A stretch of DNA of 64,000 nucleotides, taken from the sequence record SRR22947727_2045. One strand, written 5' to 3'. Shown piece after piece: positions 1 to 9,282 of this stretch; the stretch's first letter is position 1; the number at the start of each line of letters is the position of its first letter. The notes beneath the pieces were generated by a model, which saw nothing but the letters and a program-made list of their open reading frames with translations, had not been told where the DNA came from and did not search any database. The position numbers and the translations under genes were made by a program.

Positions 1-738
1 GAAGCGCAGGCACCGCGCGCCGATATTCGTGATCCGTCCGATCCATTGCCCGAGGGTGAAGGGCGCCTCGCTGGGGCGGTGCAGGTTTCGGCGCGCGTGA
101 ACCGACGATCCGCGATCCGGTGGATGAAGAAGATCCTGCACATGCCGATCGGCGAGCGCTGGCTGCTGTTGAGTGTTCTCAGCGTTGTGGCCGGACCCAG
201 GTGGGCGCTCATCGGATTACTGATTGCCGGTGGCGTTGCACTGACGTACGTGGTGATTGGCCGGATCGTGCGCTCCCTGACATGGTCAGGACGCTCAGCA
301 GCAGACGGTGTCCGAGTCCTGCGGGCTCAACTTGATGCAGGACCCTTAGCTGCTGGGCTCGCGCGGCTTATTCCGGGCATCCGGCCGCACTTGGACGGTC
401 GGTTCGGCTGGGGTGTCCCACCTGTCCTTAGGGCTGTGGAACTAGGCGGCATTGCCTGGATCATGGCTATCAGCACGGTCGGCCTGGCGGCCACCTCCTT
501 CTGGTTGCTCTTCTTCGTGGCGTACCACCACTACGACAACTTGTACCGATCACTGCAAGGGTCGGCGCCGCCGCGCTGGCTGACATACATGGGTCTCGGC
601 TGGGAGGGACGGCTTGGCATCGTGGCGATAGCCGCTGCGACTAGTCTCATGGACTCGCTGAGCGGCGTACTTCTTGTGTGGTTCGGAGTCGTGTTCGGCG
701 TTGTGGCATCGATTCAATGGTTGAGGAGCAAGAGATGA
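1..738 (+). CDS. Membrane protein, DUF5941 / CDP-alcohol phosphatidyltransferase-associated (5'-truncated by the window edge)
   Basis: Frame open from base 1. Several hydrophobic helices; motifs MPIGERW, AYHHYD and GLGWEGR. Stop overlaps the next start (ATGA). Confidence 0.65.
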   Translation, partial: EAQAPRADIRDPSDPLPEGEGRLAGAVQVSARVNRRSAIRWMKKILHMPIGERWLLLSVLSVVAGPRWALIGLLIAGGVALTYVVIGRIVRSLTWSGRSAADGVRVLRAQLDAGPLAAGLARLIPGIRPHLDGRFGWGVPPVLRAVELGGIAWIMAISTVGLAATSFWLLFFVAYHHYDNLYRSLQGSAPPRWLTYMGLGWEGRLGIVAIAAATSLMDSLSGVLLVWFGVVFGVVASIQWLRSKR

Positions 739-1547
739 GCGAGGATCGCGTGCAGCGTCCGGCTCGTCCGACGATCAGTGAGATCCGGGACGTCTGCCAG
801 CCGGATGCGGTTCGGATGCGAGCGAATTCCGAACACTGGGTTGCCGACGTCTACCTGCGCCGAGTGTCGCCGTACGTGACCCGGCTCCTTGTGACAACGC
901 CCATCTCTGCGAACGGTGTCACGTTCTTGATGATCCTGACCGGCATCGGAACCGCTGCTGCACTGCTGATTCCAGGGCTCCCCGGTGTGCTGCTCGCGGC
1001 CATTCTCGGTCAGATGCAGATGCTGCTGGATTGCTGTGACGGTGAGGTTGCGCGCTGGCGTGATACGTCTTCACCGAAGGGTGTCTTTCTTGATCGGGTA
1101 GGTCACTACGTGACAGAGGGCTTAATCCCCATCGCGCTCGGGTTGCGGGCGGCAGGTTTCCCGGACGCCGGATGGGCGCAAAACTCGTGGGCGTTCATCG
1201 GCGCGGTGCTCGCGGTATTGGTCTTGTGGAACAAAGCACTTAATGACATGGTGCACGTGTCGCGTGCGTACAACGGTCTACCAAAGCTGTCGGATGTCGC
1301 GGGCGTTGGCAGGCCGCAGTCGTCGGGGCTTCGGCGTCTGAGATCCGTCGCAAGAATCTTCCCCTTTTACCGGGCCTACCACTCCGTGGAATTGACCTTG
1401 TTGGCTCTCCTCGCGGGCGTGGTGGATGCCTTCACCGGTGACCTCGCGGGTACTCGATTCTTGGTAGCCGCACTCGTCATCCTCGGAGTTCTCACCGTCC
1501 TGGGACACCTAGTAGCGATTCTTTCGTCCAGCAAGTTGCGTGCGTGA
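735..1547 (+). CDS. CDP-alcohol phosphatidyltransferase family protein
   Basis: Signature DCCDGEVAR...G..LDRVGH (DxxDGxxAR...GxxLD). ATG at 735 follows GAGGAG. Confidence 0.9.
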   Translation: MSEDRVQRPARPTISEIRDVCQPDAVRMRANSEHWVADVYLRRVSPYVTRLLVTTPISANGVTFLMILTGIGTAAALLIPGLPGVLLAAILGQMQMLLDCCDGEVARWRDTSSPKGVFLDRVGHYVTEGLIPIALGLRAAGFPDAGWAQNSWAFIGAVLAVLVLWNKALNDMVHVSRAYNGLPKLSDVAGVGRPQSSGLRRLRSVARIFPFYRAYHSVELTLLALLAGVVDAFTGDLAGTRFLVAALVILGVLTVLGHLVAILSSSKLRA

Positions 1548-2407
1548 TGTCGGATTTCGGGGTGGTGCTGCTGACCATGGGGCAGCGACCGGTGGAGCTG
1601 GATCGTGCCCTTCGCTCTGTGCTGAGCCAACGAGACGTCGATGTGGACATCGTCGTCGTTGGTAACTCGTGGCAACCCGTGGGGCTTCCCGATGGCGTGA
1701 AGGCCGTTGGGCTCGCGGACAACCAGGGGATACCCGCGGGCCGTAACGCCGGAGTCGACCACGTACAGGGCGACCTGTTGTTCTTCTTGGACGACGACGC
1801 ATTCCTTCCCGATCCGTTCTTTCTTGCCTCACTGAAGGGACGGTTTGAGTCTGATCCACAACTCGGTCTCGTTCAGCCCCGAGTCGAAGATCCAGAAGGC
1901 AAGCAGCCGCCAGGTCGTTGGGTGCCCCGCCTGTTCGTCGGTGACCGCACTCGATCAGGACCGGCGACCACTTTGTGGGAGGGAGCCACGGCGGTTCGAC
2001 GAGGCGCGTTCGAGGCCGCGGGTGGGTGGCCGGCTGAGTTCTTCTACGGACACGAAGGAATCGACCTGGTGTGGAGGGTCTGGGACGCCGGATATACGTG
2101 TTGGTATGCCGGCGACCTTGTGGTTCATCACCCGGTGATCAATCCCCTCCGGCATGAAGAGTTCTACCGAATGAATGCACGCAATCGGGTGTGGCTCGCA
2201 AAGCGAAATCTGCCCGTAGTTCTCGAGCCGGTGTACGTGGGGAGTTGGATCGGCCTGACGCTGGCTCGTACCCGCGACCGAGATGCCTTGCGAATGTGGT
2301 TCTCCGGACTGTCCGAAGGAGTGCGCACGGCTCCGGCGCAACGGCGTCCGATGAAGTGGCGGACCGCCTGGCGTCTGACGCGGGCTGGCCGGCCCCCGGT
2401 CGTCTGA
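1544..2407 (+). CDS. Glycosyltransferase family 2
   Basis: GT-A motifs N.GIPAGRNAG, FLDDDA and FFYGHEGIDL. Start overlaps the upstream stop. Confidence 0.9.
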   Translation: MMSDFGVVLLTMGQRPVELDRALRSVLSQRDVDVDIVVVGNSWQPVGLPDGVKAVGLADNQGIPAGRNAGVDHVQGDLLFFLDDDAFLPDPFFLASLKGRFESDPQLGLVQPRVEDPEGKQPPGRWVPRLFVGDRTRSGPATTLWEGATAVRRGAFEAAGGWPAEFFYGHEGIDLVWRVWDAGYTCWYAGDLVVHHPVINPLRHEEFYRMNARNRVWLAKRNLPVVLEPVYVGSWIGLTLARTRDRDALRMWFSGLSEGVRTAPAQRRPMKWRTAWRLTRAGRPPVV

Positions 2408-2459
2408 CGCGCGACGGCGAAGCTATTCCGTCCGGGGGTGAAGAGCCGCCCGTGCGAGA

Positions 2460-3893
2460 CTAGGAAGCGCAGAAGTTCTCGTCGCCGGTGTTGACGTTGG
2501 CGCTGAGGTCTTTCGTCGCCTCGGCGATGGATACCGAGCGGGCGGACGTCAAAGGCTCGGTGATGATCAGTCGCATCGTCCCTCCTTGACCCTCGATGGC
2601 CTCGGTGTTCTCAATGCCCGTGCTGTAGGTCAACGTCTTGGCCGAGACATCCCACTCGGGGTCGAACCAGATGGTGTCCTCGGCGGGGTACTCGTCGATG
2701 CGTTCTGCCTTGATCTTCTTGACATTCACCACGGTGAAGCCTTCGTTGGTAAGAGCCCTTTTCGCTTGCTTCCCGGTGCCCTTTTGTCCGGTGGCATTGA
2801 TGATCTCCACCCGCACATCCTGCGGCGCCGCCTTCAACAGCGGCTGATCCGTGTCGGCCTTGGGTGGCCAGGGGGTGTCGTTGGCGATGGCGCTCCACAG
2901 CGGCGCCGCACGCTTCTTCGCGACAACAACGGTTGCTCCGTCACCGGACTGCTTCCACGGCATCGTGGTGAAGGTGATGTCCTTCGGCCGCAGATCCTTC
3001 AGGCTCAAGGCCAGATCGCGCAGATTCTCGATGTTCGCCAGTTGTGGATCGGTGGTCAAAGACTCGGTGGCGGCGTTCAAAACACCGAGGAGAGATGCCG
3101 GGTTCAAAAGGATGTCGCTGCTGAGAACTTTGCGGGCCATGGACGACAGAAACGCCTGTTGACGCCGGATTCGTGAAGTATCCGATCCGTCTCCCAGCGT
3201 CTTCCGTGTTCGAACGAACGCGAGCGCCTGTTCACCGTTGACGGTGTGCAGGCCCTTGTCCAAATTGAGTCCACTCAGTGGATCGTTGACATCGTCCTCC
3301 AAGCAGATTTCCACGCCGCCGATTGCCTCGGTTATTCTCTTGAATGCAGCGAAGTCGACCACCATGAAGTTGTCGATCGCCAACCCGCTGAGCGACTCCA
3401 CGGCCTTCAACACGCACCCCGGACCTCCGTTGACCATGGCTTCGTTGAAGCGTCCCTCGTAGCCATCGACGGTCTTCCCGTCCTTGGTGCAGTCCGGGAG
3501 CATCATCAAAGTGTCGCGGGGAATGCTGACGCCCATGGCCTGCGACCGGTCGGCGTTGACGTGGAAGATCATGGTGGTGTCGCTGCGCTCGATGTCGCCG
3601 AACTTCTTCAAGCTGCCGTAGCCCTTGTTCCCTTTGCCCTTGCGAGAGTCGCTGCCCATCACCACCATCGTGAAAGCAGAGGTTTCGCCGGTGTCCTCGT
3701 CGACCACGATGGACTCGTCTTTGGTCACCGTGGTCCCGGTCTGCTCCGAGACGTCGAGTGCGGTGATATTCCCCTCGAGTTGGCCCATGACGGACGTGAC
3801 CCCAGCGCCGATCACGGTTGTCACCAGGACGGCCCCCGCGACCACTCCGGCCGCGATGGTCGACCCCAGGCGTACTGCGCTGCGAGAGGACAC
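2460..3893 (-). CDS. LCP (LytR-CpsA-Psr) glycopolymer transferase with LytR C-terminal domain
   Basis: N-terminal TM helix; GSDSR, RSDTTM, SIPRDT, FVRTR and RIRRQQ motifs; C-terminal VEIINATG domain. Confidence 0.92.
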   Translation of the reverse strand: MSSRSAVRLGSTIAAGVVAGAVLVTTVIGAGVTSVMGQLEGNITALDVSEQTGTTVTKDESIVVDEDTGETSAFTMVVMGSDSRKGKGNKGYGSLKKFGDIERSDTTMIFHVNADRSQAMGVSIPRDTLMMLPDCTKDGKTVDGYEGRFNEAMVNGGPGCVLKAVESLSGLAIDNFMVVDFAAFKRITEAIGGVEICLEDDVNDPLSGLNLDKGLHTVNGEQALAFVRTRKTLGDGSDTSRIRRQQAFLSSMARKVLSSDILLNPASLLGVLNAATESLTTDPQLANIENLRDLALSLKDLRPKDITFTTMPWKQSGDGATVVVAKKRAAPLWSAIANDTPWPPKADTDQPLLKAAPQDVRVEIINATGQKGTGKQAKRALTNEGFTVVNVKKIKAERIDEYPAEDTIWFDPEWDVSAKTLTYSTGIENTEAIEGQGGTMRLIITEPLTSARSVSIAEATKDLSANVNTGDENFCAS

Positions 3894-4127
3894 CGGTCGC
3901 CTTCCTGTGGGGAGTCAGGGCTTGAGCTCGCCGGGCGGCGAGTTCCGTCATGGTACGCAGGCGTCGTGTCTGCCTTTGTGCGACGCACCACGGGGACGGG
4001 GGGTTCCGATTTTCGGGCGTGCCGGTGACGGGTGTGACCAATGGGTCGTGTGAGGCTTGAGCCGAAACTGCGGTGTGTGGCCAAAGGCCTCCCATGGCTC
4101 GGCACCGCCTCAGAAAGGACACCGATC

Positions 4128-6089
4128 GTGAGAACGACAGGCCGAACGGCGCGCAAGACGCGCTCGGCGCTGCTCACCCTCTGCGTCGCCGCTACGGCTC
4201 TGGTCGCGTCGGCCCTCGCCGCCCCGCTAGCGTCGGCGAACCCTGCGCCGCCGCCTGCGTCTTTCACCCTCGCGGGTGCCGGGTTCGGACACGGTGTCGG
4301 CATGAGCCAGTACGGCGCGCTGGCCATGGCGAAAGCCGGCCTTGATGCGTCGTCGATCGTGACCCACTACTACCAAGGCACGAACGTCACGCCCGTTGCA
4401 GACGACATGGCGGTTCGCGTCAACCTGGAGTTCAAGAAGAAGCAAATTCGTATGCGTGGTGAGGCCGTCGAAGGTGACGGCACCCTCCAGGCGAACCTGG
4501 CGGGGACGATCGTCACCGCAGCACCGGGCGAGAGTTTCGCCTTCACCGGCGACGCAGGTGCGGTGGTAGCGGCCAAGGTCGTCGGCGGAGTACGCCAGGA
4601 GTTGGGAATTTTCCCGTCGGTGTCACTCACCTGGTCGGGTGTGGCGAATGTTGTAGCGAAGAACGGCTCATTCGACTCGGCCGGTCATCGCTATCGCTAC
4701 GGGACCATCGAGATCTTGCCGACGTCGGATCCGAGCCGCACGCGCCTGAACGTTGTCAATTCCCTTCGCCTGCACGAGGAGTACCTGTACGGAATTTCGG
4801 AGGTCAGCAGCTCATGGCCGGATGCGGCCCTTCAGGCTCAGGTGCTCGCAGCCCGAACCTACGCGCTATCTGCCATCGCGGCCGGTCCACGCAAAGCCTG
4901 TGATTGTCACGTCGACGATGGGCGTGGACCGTATTCCGATCAAGTGTTCTCGGGGTGGTCCAAACAGTCGGGTGCGATGGGCGAACGCTGGGTCGCTGCC
5001 GTGAACGCAACGCACGCGTCCCCGACGGCGGGGATGGCGGTCCTATACGAGGGTCAGCCGATCCGCGCCTTCTACTCCTCGTCCAGCGGCGGCGCTACGC
5101 AAGCAAGCGTCGACCAATGGGGTGGTGATCTGCCGTACGTCCAATCGGTGGCCGACCCCTGGTCTTTGAGTGAGGACAACCCGAATCGATCGTGGACGGT
5201 GACGGTTGATCAGGCCCGCATGGCCCAAGCCTTCACCGCGGCTTCGGTGCAGCAGGTCGATGTGATCGCTCGCGACCCGAGCGGTGTTGCGAAGACCGTG
5301 CAGGCGACCCTTGTTGACGGAACAACGGTGACGAAAAGCGGCAATCAGGTTCGCAATGCTTTGGGTCTGAAGTCCTCGTACATCAACGCCATCGACGGTC
5401 GTGCCGGAGTGCCCATCTCCCTACCGCAGGCGCCACCAGCGCAAACACCTCCCACTGAGGCTCCGGTGGAACAACCTGTCGTCAACTACGAACGTCAGGT
5501 AACCATGTTGACGCCAGCCGATCGCGAAGTCCGGGCGTTGAAGCCGTTCACCATCCGCGCTCAGGTATCCCCGGAACGCAAGGGACTGCGCGTGTGGTTC
5601 CAACGCATGGTCGACGGCGAGTGGGTCACGTTCAAGAAGAAGCGAACGCGCAGCAGCGGCAAGGTTCGGTACCGAGTACCGGAGGCGTGGCCGCCCAACA
5701 CGACACAGCAATATCGGGTTGTCGTGGTGCGCAAGAAGCAGCCCATCGGCATGGGGGACGTCTTCCGGGTATCGGTTGTTCCCAGCGTCAAACCGCGGTC
5801 GGTTGCCTTGATTACCCCTCCGGTGATGGATGTCCCCGCAGGAAAACCCTTCGCCATCAAGGCCAAGGTGCGACCCAAACTCAAGGGCTTGACAGTGTGG
5901 CGACAGTCGTTCGTCAACGGTGAGTGGCGAACCGTGCAGCGCACCACGACGAAGAAGGGCGGCCGCGTGGTGTTCCGGGTCAAGAAGGCGGCGCCAGCCG
6001 GAGCCTCGTATACCTACCGAATTCTCGTCGTCGCTAAGAAGCAGGCCGCCGGTGCAAGTCAAGATGTGACGGTGAACGTTTCTGGCTAG
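4128..6089 (+). CDS. Secreted SpoIID/LytB domain protein (peptidoglycan lytic transglycosylase family) with two C-terminal repeats
   Basis: AGAAAGGA RBS before GTG 4128. Signal peptide; G.GHGVGMSQYGA, EEYLYGISE, ALQAQVLAARTYA and FYSSSSGG motifs. Confidence 0.85.
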   Translation: MRTTGRTARKTRSALLTLCVAATALVASALAAPLASANPAPPPASFTLAGAGFGHGVGMSQYGALAMAKAGLDASSIVTHYYQGTNVTPVADDMAVRVNLEFKKKQIRMRGEAVEGDGTLQANLAGTIVTAAPGESFAFTGDAGAVVAAKVVGGVRQELGIFPSVSLTWSGVANVVAKNGSFDSAGHRYRYGTIEILPTSDPSRTRLNVVNSLRLHEEYLYGISEVSSSWPDAALQAQVLAARTYALSAIAAGPRKACDCHVDDGRGPYSDQVFSGWSKQSGAMGERWVAAVNATHASPTAGMAVLYEGQPIRAFYSSSSGGATQASVDQWGGDLPYVQSVADPWSLSEDNPNRSWTVTVDQARMAQAFTAASVQQVDVIARDPSGVAKTVQATLVDGTTVTKSGNQVRNALGLKSSYINAIDGRAGVPISLPQAPPAQTPPTEAPVEQPVVNYERQVTMLTPADREVRALKPFTIRAQVSPERKGLRVWFQRMVDGEWVTFKKKRTRSSGKVRYRVPEAWPPNTTQQYRVVVVRKKQPIGMGDVFRVSVVPSVKPRSVALITPPVMDVPAGKPFAIKAKVRPKLKGLTVWRQSFVNGEWRTVQRTTTKKGGRVVFRVKKAAPAGASYTYRILVVAKKQAAGASQDVTVNVSG

Positions 6090-6772
6090 AGCACCGCGTC
6101 CACCGGTTCGGAGCCGAAGCCGTCGCCGAACGACTGCCCGAGGATCACCGATCCACCCGTCACCGCCGGCCACAGTGCGGGAAGCCACCACTGGGAATCG
6201 TCTTGGTGCAGTCCAAGTCGGGTCACGCCCGCGAGTGGACGGGCAACATCGCGGGCGCGTTCGAGCAACTGGCGTTGAGACAGGCCGTCGAGCGCGAGGG
6301 CATCGGAGTAGTCGTTGATGAAGACCTGCTGATCGGGCTGGGCCCGCACCGCGATCGTCGCGTCCTGTGCTCCCGGTGGAAGCGCCGTCATGTCGTCTGG
6401 GCCCAGGGGTAGGCCGAAGGGGTGCATCGACACCACGATCACGTTGCCCGTGAGTTCCGAAGCTTGCTTCGGCCCTGCGACAAGCAGGTCGCAATCCGCA
6501 CCGCCTTGAGGAACAACGACGCATCCCGCCGACCAGATCCCGAGCAGCCAGGTGATCCGTTGCCAATGCCACGGAAGGTGTAAGGCGATGCGTCGTCCCG
6601 GATCGCAATCGAATTCCGAGGTGAGCGCGTTGGCGATCTTGGCGGCTGCATTTATGACCGACGCTCCGGACAGCTCCATCCGCCCATCGGATCCGAGATA
6701 CGTCACGTAGGGCTGGGCGGGGTCGGTGCGTGCGAGAACAGCGGAGCGGATGTCGGTGACCGTCGAGGACAT
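6086..6772 (-). CDS. TIGR03089 family protein (AMP-binding-like fragment)
   Basis: P.VTY...GRMELS...N..AKIAN.L and LPWHWQ motifs. Usual position next to LCP and manC. Confidence 0.8.
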   Translation of the reverse strand: MSSTVTDIRSAVLARTDPAQPYVTYLGSDGRMELSGASVINAAAKIANALTSEFDCDPGRRIALHLPWHWQRITWLLGIWSAGCVVVPQGGADCDLLVAGPKQASELTGNVIVVSMHPFGLPLGPDDMTALPPGAQDATIAVRAQPDQQVFINDYSDALALDGLSQRQLLERARDVARPLAGVTRLGLHQDDSQWWLPALWPAVTGGSVILGQSFGDGFGSEPVDAVL

Positions 6773-6822
6773 GGCTTCATTGTCCGGCGAGAGACGGTGA
6801 CCGGGTGTGGCACCCTTGCCAG

Positions 6823-7899
6823 GTGACCGAAGCCGTGCTGCTCGTAGGAGGCCAAGGAACCCGCCTGCGACCGTTGACGGTGAACACACCCAAACCCATG
6901 CTGCCGGTCGCGGGGGTCCCGTTCACGGTGCACCAGATCACGCGTGCCCGTGATGCGGGAGTCGAACGCATCGTGCTGGCCACGAGTTATCGGGCCGAAG
7001 TCTTTGCGGAGTTCGTCGAAGGCGTGGATCTTGGAATCGACATCGTGATCGCGACGGAGGACGAGCCACTCGGCACCGGTGGCGCGATTCGACACGCACT
7101 GTCGCATCTGGAGTCTGGACCCGACGACCCAATTGTCATCTTCAACGGAGACGTCCTCAGCGGTCTGGACATCGATGTACTCGTGCGCTCGCACGTGGAG
7201 ACCGCTAGTGATGTCACGTTGTATCTAACCCCGGTCGAGGACCCACGCGCGTACGGTCTTGTTCCGATTGATAGCGACGGTCGAGTCGAGGCTTTCCTGG
7301 AGAAGCCGACGACGCCGGAAGAGATCGTCACCGACTTAATTAATGCCGGGTGCTACGTCTTCACCCGTTCGATCATCGAGCAGATTCCCGCGGGTCGCGT
7401 GGTGTCCGTCGAACGCGAGACCTTTCCCGGCCTGTTGGCAAACAACGCCGTGGTGCGCGGAGTGGTTGATCGCGGCTATTGGCTCGATCTCGGCACACCG
7501 CTGGCGTTCGTGCAAGGCAGTTGCGATCTTGTTCGCGGCCTCGCACCGTCTCCCGCGGTTGCCAACACCGGCGAGGCGCTCGTGCTCGACGGTGCCGATG
7601 TCGCGCCGTCCGCGGATGTGCGGGGCGGCTCGACGATCGGTGCGAACGCCGTTGTTTCTGCGGGCGCGGTTGTCGATGGTTCTGTCATTTTCGATGAGGC
7701 CATCGTGGGCGATGGAAGCGACATTCGTGGCAGCATCATCGGGCGCGGAGCCCGTATCGGTGATGGGTGCTCGCTCGACGGCGTCGTCGTCGGTGACGGT
7801 GCCGTGGTGGGCGCTCGCAATGAAATCCGCGAGGGGGCGCGCGTGTGGCCGCAGGTGGCGATACCGGATCTCGCTATTCGGTACTCGTCTGACGCGTAG
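6823..7899 (+). CDS. manC: Mannose-1-phosphate guanylyltransferase (NDP-sugar synthase)
   Basis: LVGGQGTRLRPLT..PKPMLP, EPLGTGG, INAGCYVF and YWLDLGTP motifs; C-terminal hexapeptide repeats. Confidence 0.85.
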   Translation: MTEAVLLVGGQGTRLRPLTVNTPKPMLPVAGVPFTVHQITRARDAGVERIVLATSYRAEVFAEFVEGVDLGIDIVIATEDEPLGTGGAIRHALSHLESGPDDPIVIFNGDVLSGLDIDVLVRSHVETASDVTLYLTPVEDPRAYGLVPIDSDGRVEAFLEKPTTPEEIVTDLINAGCYVFTRSIIEQIPAGRVVSVERETFPGLLANNAVVRGVVDRGYWLDLGTPLAFVQGSCDLVRGLAPSPAVANTGEALVLDGADVAPSADVRGGSTIGANAVVSAGAVVDGSVIFDEAIVGDGSDIRGSIIGRGARIGDGCSLDGVVVGDGAVVGARNEIREGARVWPQVAIPDLAIRYSSDA

Positions 7900-7908
7900 T
7901 GCTCGACA

Positions 7909-9282
7909 TCAGTCGACGGAAATGATGTAGTCCTCTGCCCGGCGCGGGGGTCGTTCCTTGGCCGGTTGTGCAGGAACCCCGACGGCTACCGCTCCCAACG
8001 CAGTAACCCGCTCTCCGAGATCGAAATGTTCGCGGACGATTTGCGGGGCGAAGATCGTGGAGGAGATCCACGCCGACCCCAGGCCCTCGGCGGCGAGCCG
8101 AATCAGAAGGTTCTCCACGCATGCTCCACCGGCAACCATGAACAAGTCGCGTTCGGCCGCGTTGCGACGATCATCCGGGTAGGTGTGTGCCCCTTTGGCG
8201 AGATCGATGAAGGGAATAACCACAACGGGTGCTGTTCGAAGGATGTTGCCGCGCGCGACACGGCGCTCGACCTCGTCCGCGGACTTACCGTCAATGGTCG
8301 TCAGATCGTGTTCCCACGCTCTGCGCATCGCGTCGAGCAGTTCGATTCGCCTGTGGTGATGAGTCGGGTTGTCGCTTCGCAGAATGATGAAGCCGAAGGG
8401 TTCACTGTGATGCGGTGCGGGAGCCAGAACGGCATCCTCGAGGGCCCGATGGAGAGCGGATGGATCGACGGGATCGTCGGTGAAGGAGCGAATGGTGCGC
8501 CGGGCCGAGACTGCTGCGCGAGCTCCGGCTTGCATCGCCTCCTGGGTGCCGAGGGAGAAGAGGTCTTCCTCGAGAGGGCGCACGATGTCCTTGGCGGTGG
8601 GGCCGTCGTCGGCGATCACCAGATGGGAGAGCCCACGAAGGACGGCCACGGGCGCGTTGTCGAGTTTTCCGGTGGCCAAGTCGACAGCGGATGCGATCTC
8701 GTCGGCGATCGCGACAACCGTCATCTCCAGCGTATTTCCGAAATCATCCTGGCGGCCGGTGTAGTCGTCGAGCACGTGAACGCCGCTGGATCCGATGGCA
8801 ACGTCGGTGACGCCCAGCCGCCAGGGACGGCCCATCGTGTCGGTGATGATGACACCCACGGCGACGCCGGTGCGATCGATCACGTGATCTCTCAGTTGTC
8901 GAGCGCTGGCATCGGAATCGACGGGAAGGAGGACCACCGTTCCTTGTTCGGTGTTGCTGGCATCGACCCCGGCCGCCGCGAGCACCAAGCCGTGTGAGGT
9001 CTGAACGATCTTGGTGACACCACGCGGAGTGTGTTTCACGGCGACGATTCGCTCGGCCTGTTGATCGATGACCGACTCGCGCGATGCTGCCTCCACCACA
9101 CGGCCTTCGGCTTTAGCCACCACCTTGCTGGTGACAACGATGATGTCGCCGTCGCTGATACCGGTGGATTCATCAGGCCACCGGGTGGTGGACAGGGCCT
9201 CGATAACAATGGAGTTGATGTCGTCGCCGGGAGAGAACAGGTGATCGAGGGGCACCGGGAGAACAGTGAAGGTGGACGTCAT
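7909..9282 (-). CDS. fbiB: Coenzyme F420-0:L-glutamate ligase with C-terminal nitroreductase domain
   Basis: TSKVVAKAEGR, AAAGVDASN and DTMGRPWR motifs, then RRTIRSF and APAPHHS nitroreductase motifs. Confidence 0.92.
   Translation of the reverse strand: MTSTFTVLPVPLDHLFSPGDDINSIVIEALSTTRWPDESTGISDGDIIVVTSKVVAKAEGRVVEAASRESVIDQQAERIVAVKHTPRGVTKIVQTSHGLVLAAAGVDASNTEQGTVVLLPVDSDASARQLRDHVIDRTGVAVGVIITDTMGRPWRLGVTDVAIGSSGVHVLDDYTGRQDDFGNTLEMTVVAIADEIASAVDLATGKLDNAPVAVLRGLSHLVIADDGPTAKDIVRPLEEDLFSLGTQEAMQAGARAAVSARRTIRSFTDDPVDPSALHRALEDAVLAPAPHHSEPFGFIILRSDNPTHHHRRIELLDAMRRAWEHDLTTIDGKSADEVERRVARGNILRTAPVVVIPFIDLAKGAHTYPDDRRNAAERDLFMVAGGACVENLLIRLAAEGLGSAWISSTIFAPQIVREHFDLGERVTALGAVAVGVPAQPAKERPPRRAEDYIISVD

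Noticed and set aside
3894..4127. c-di-AMP (ydaO) riboswitch before the wall hydrolase
   Set aside because: The hallmark GCTGAA, GGGGAACC, GTGAAT and AGCTAAC elements are absent.
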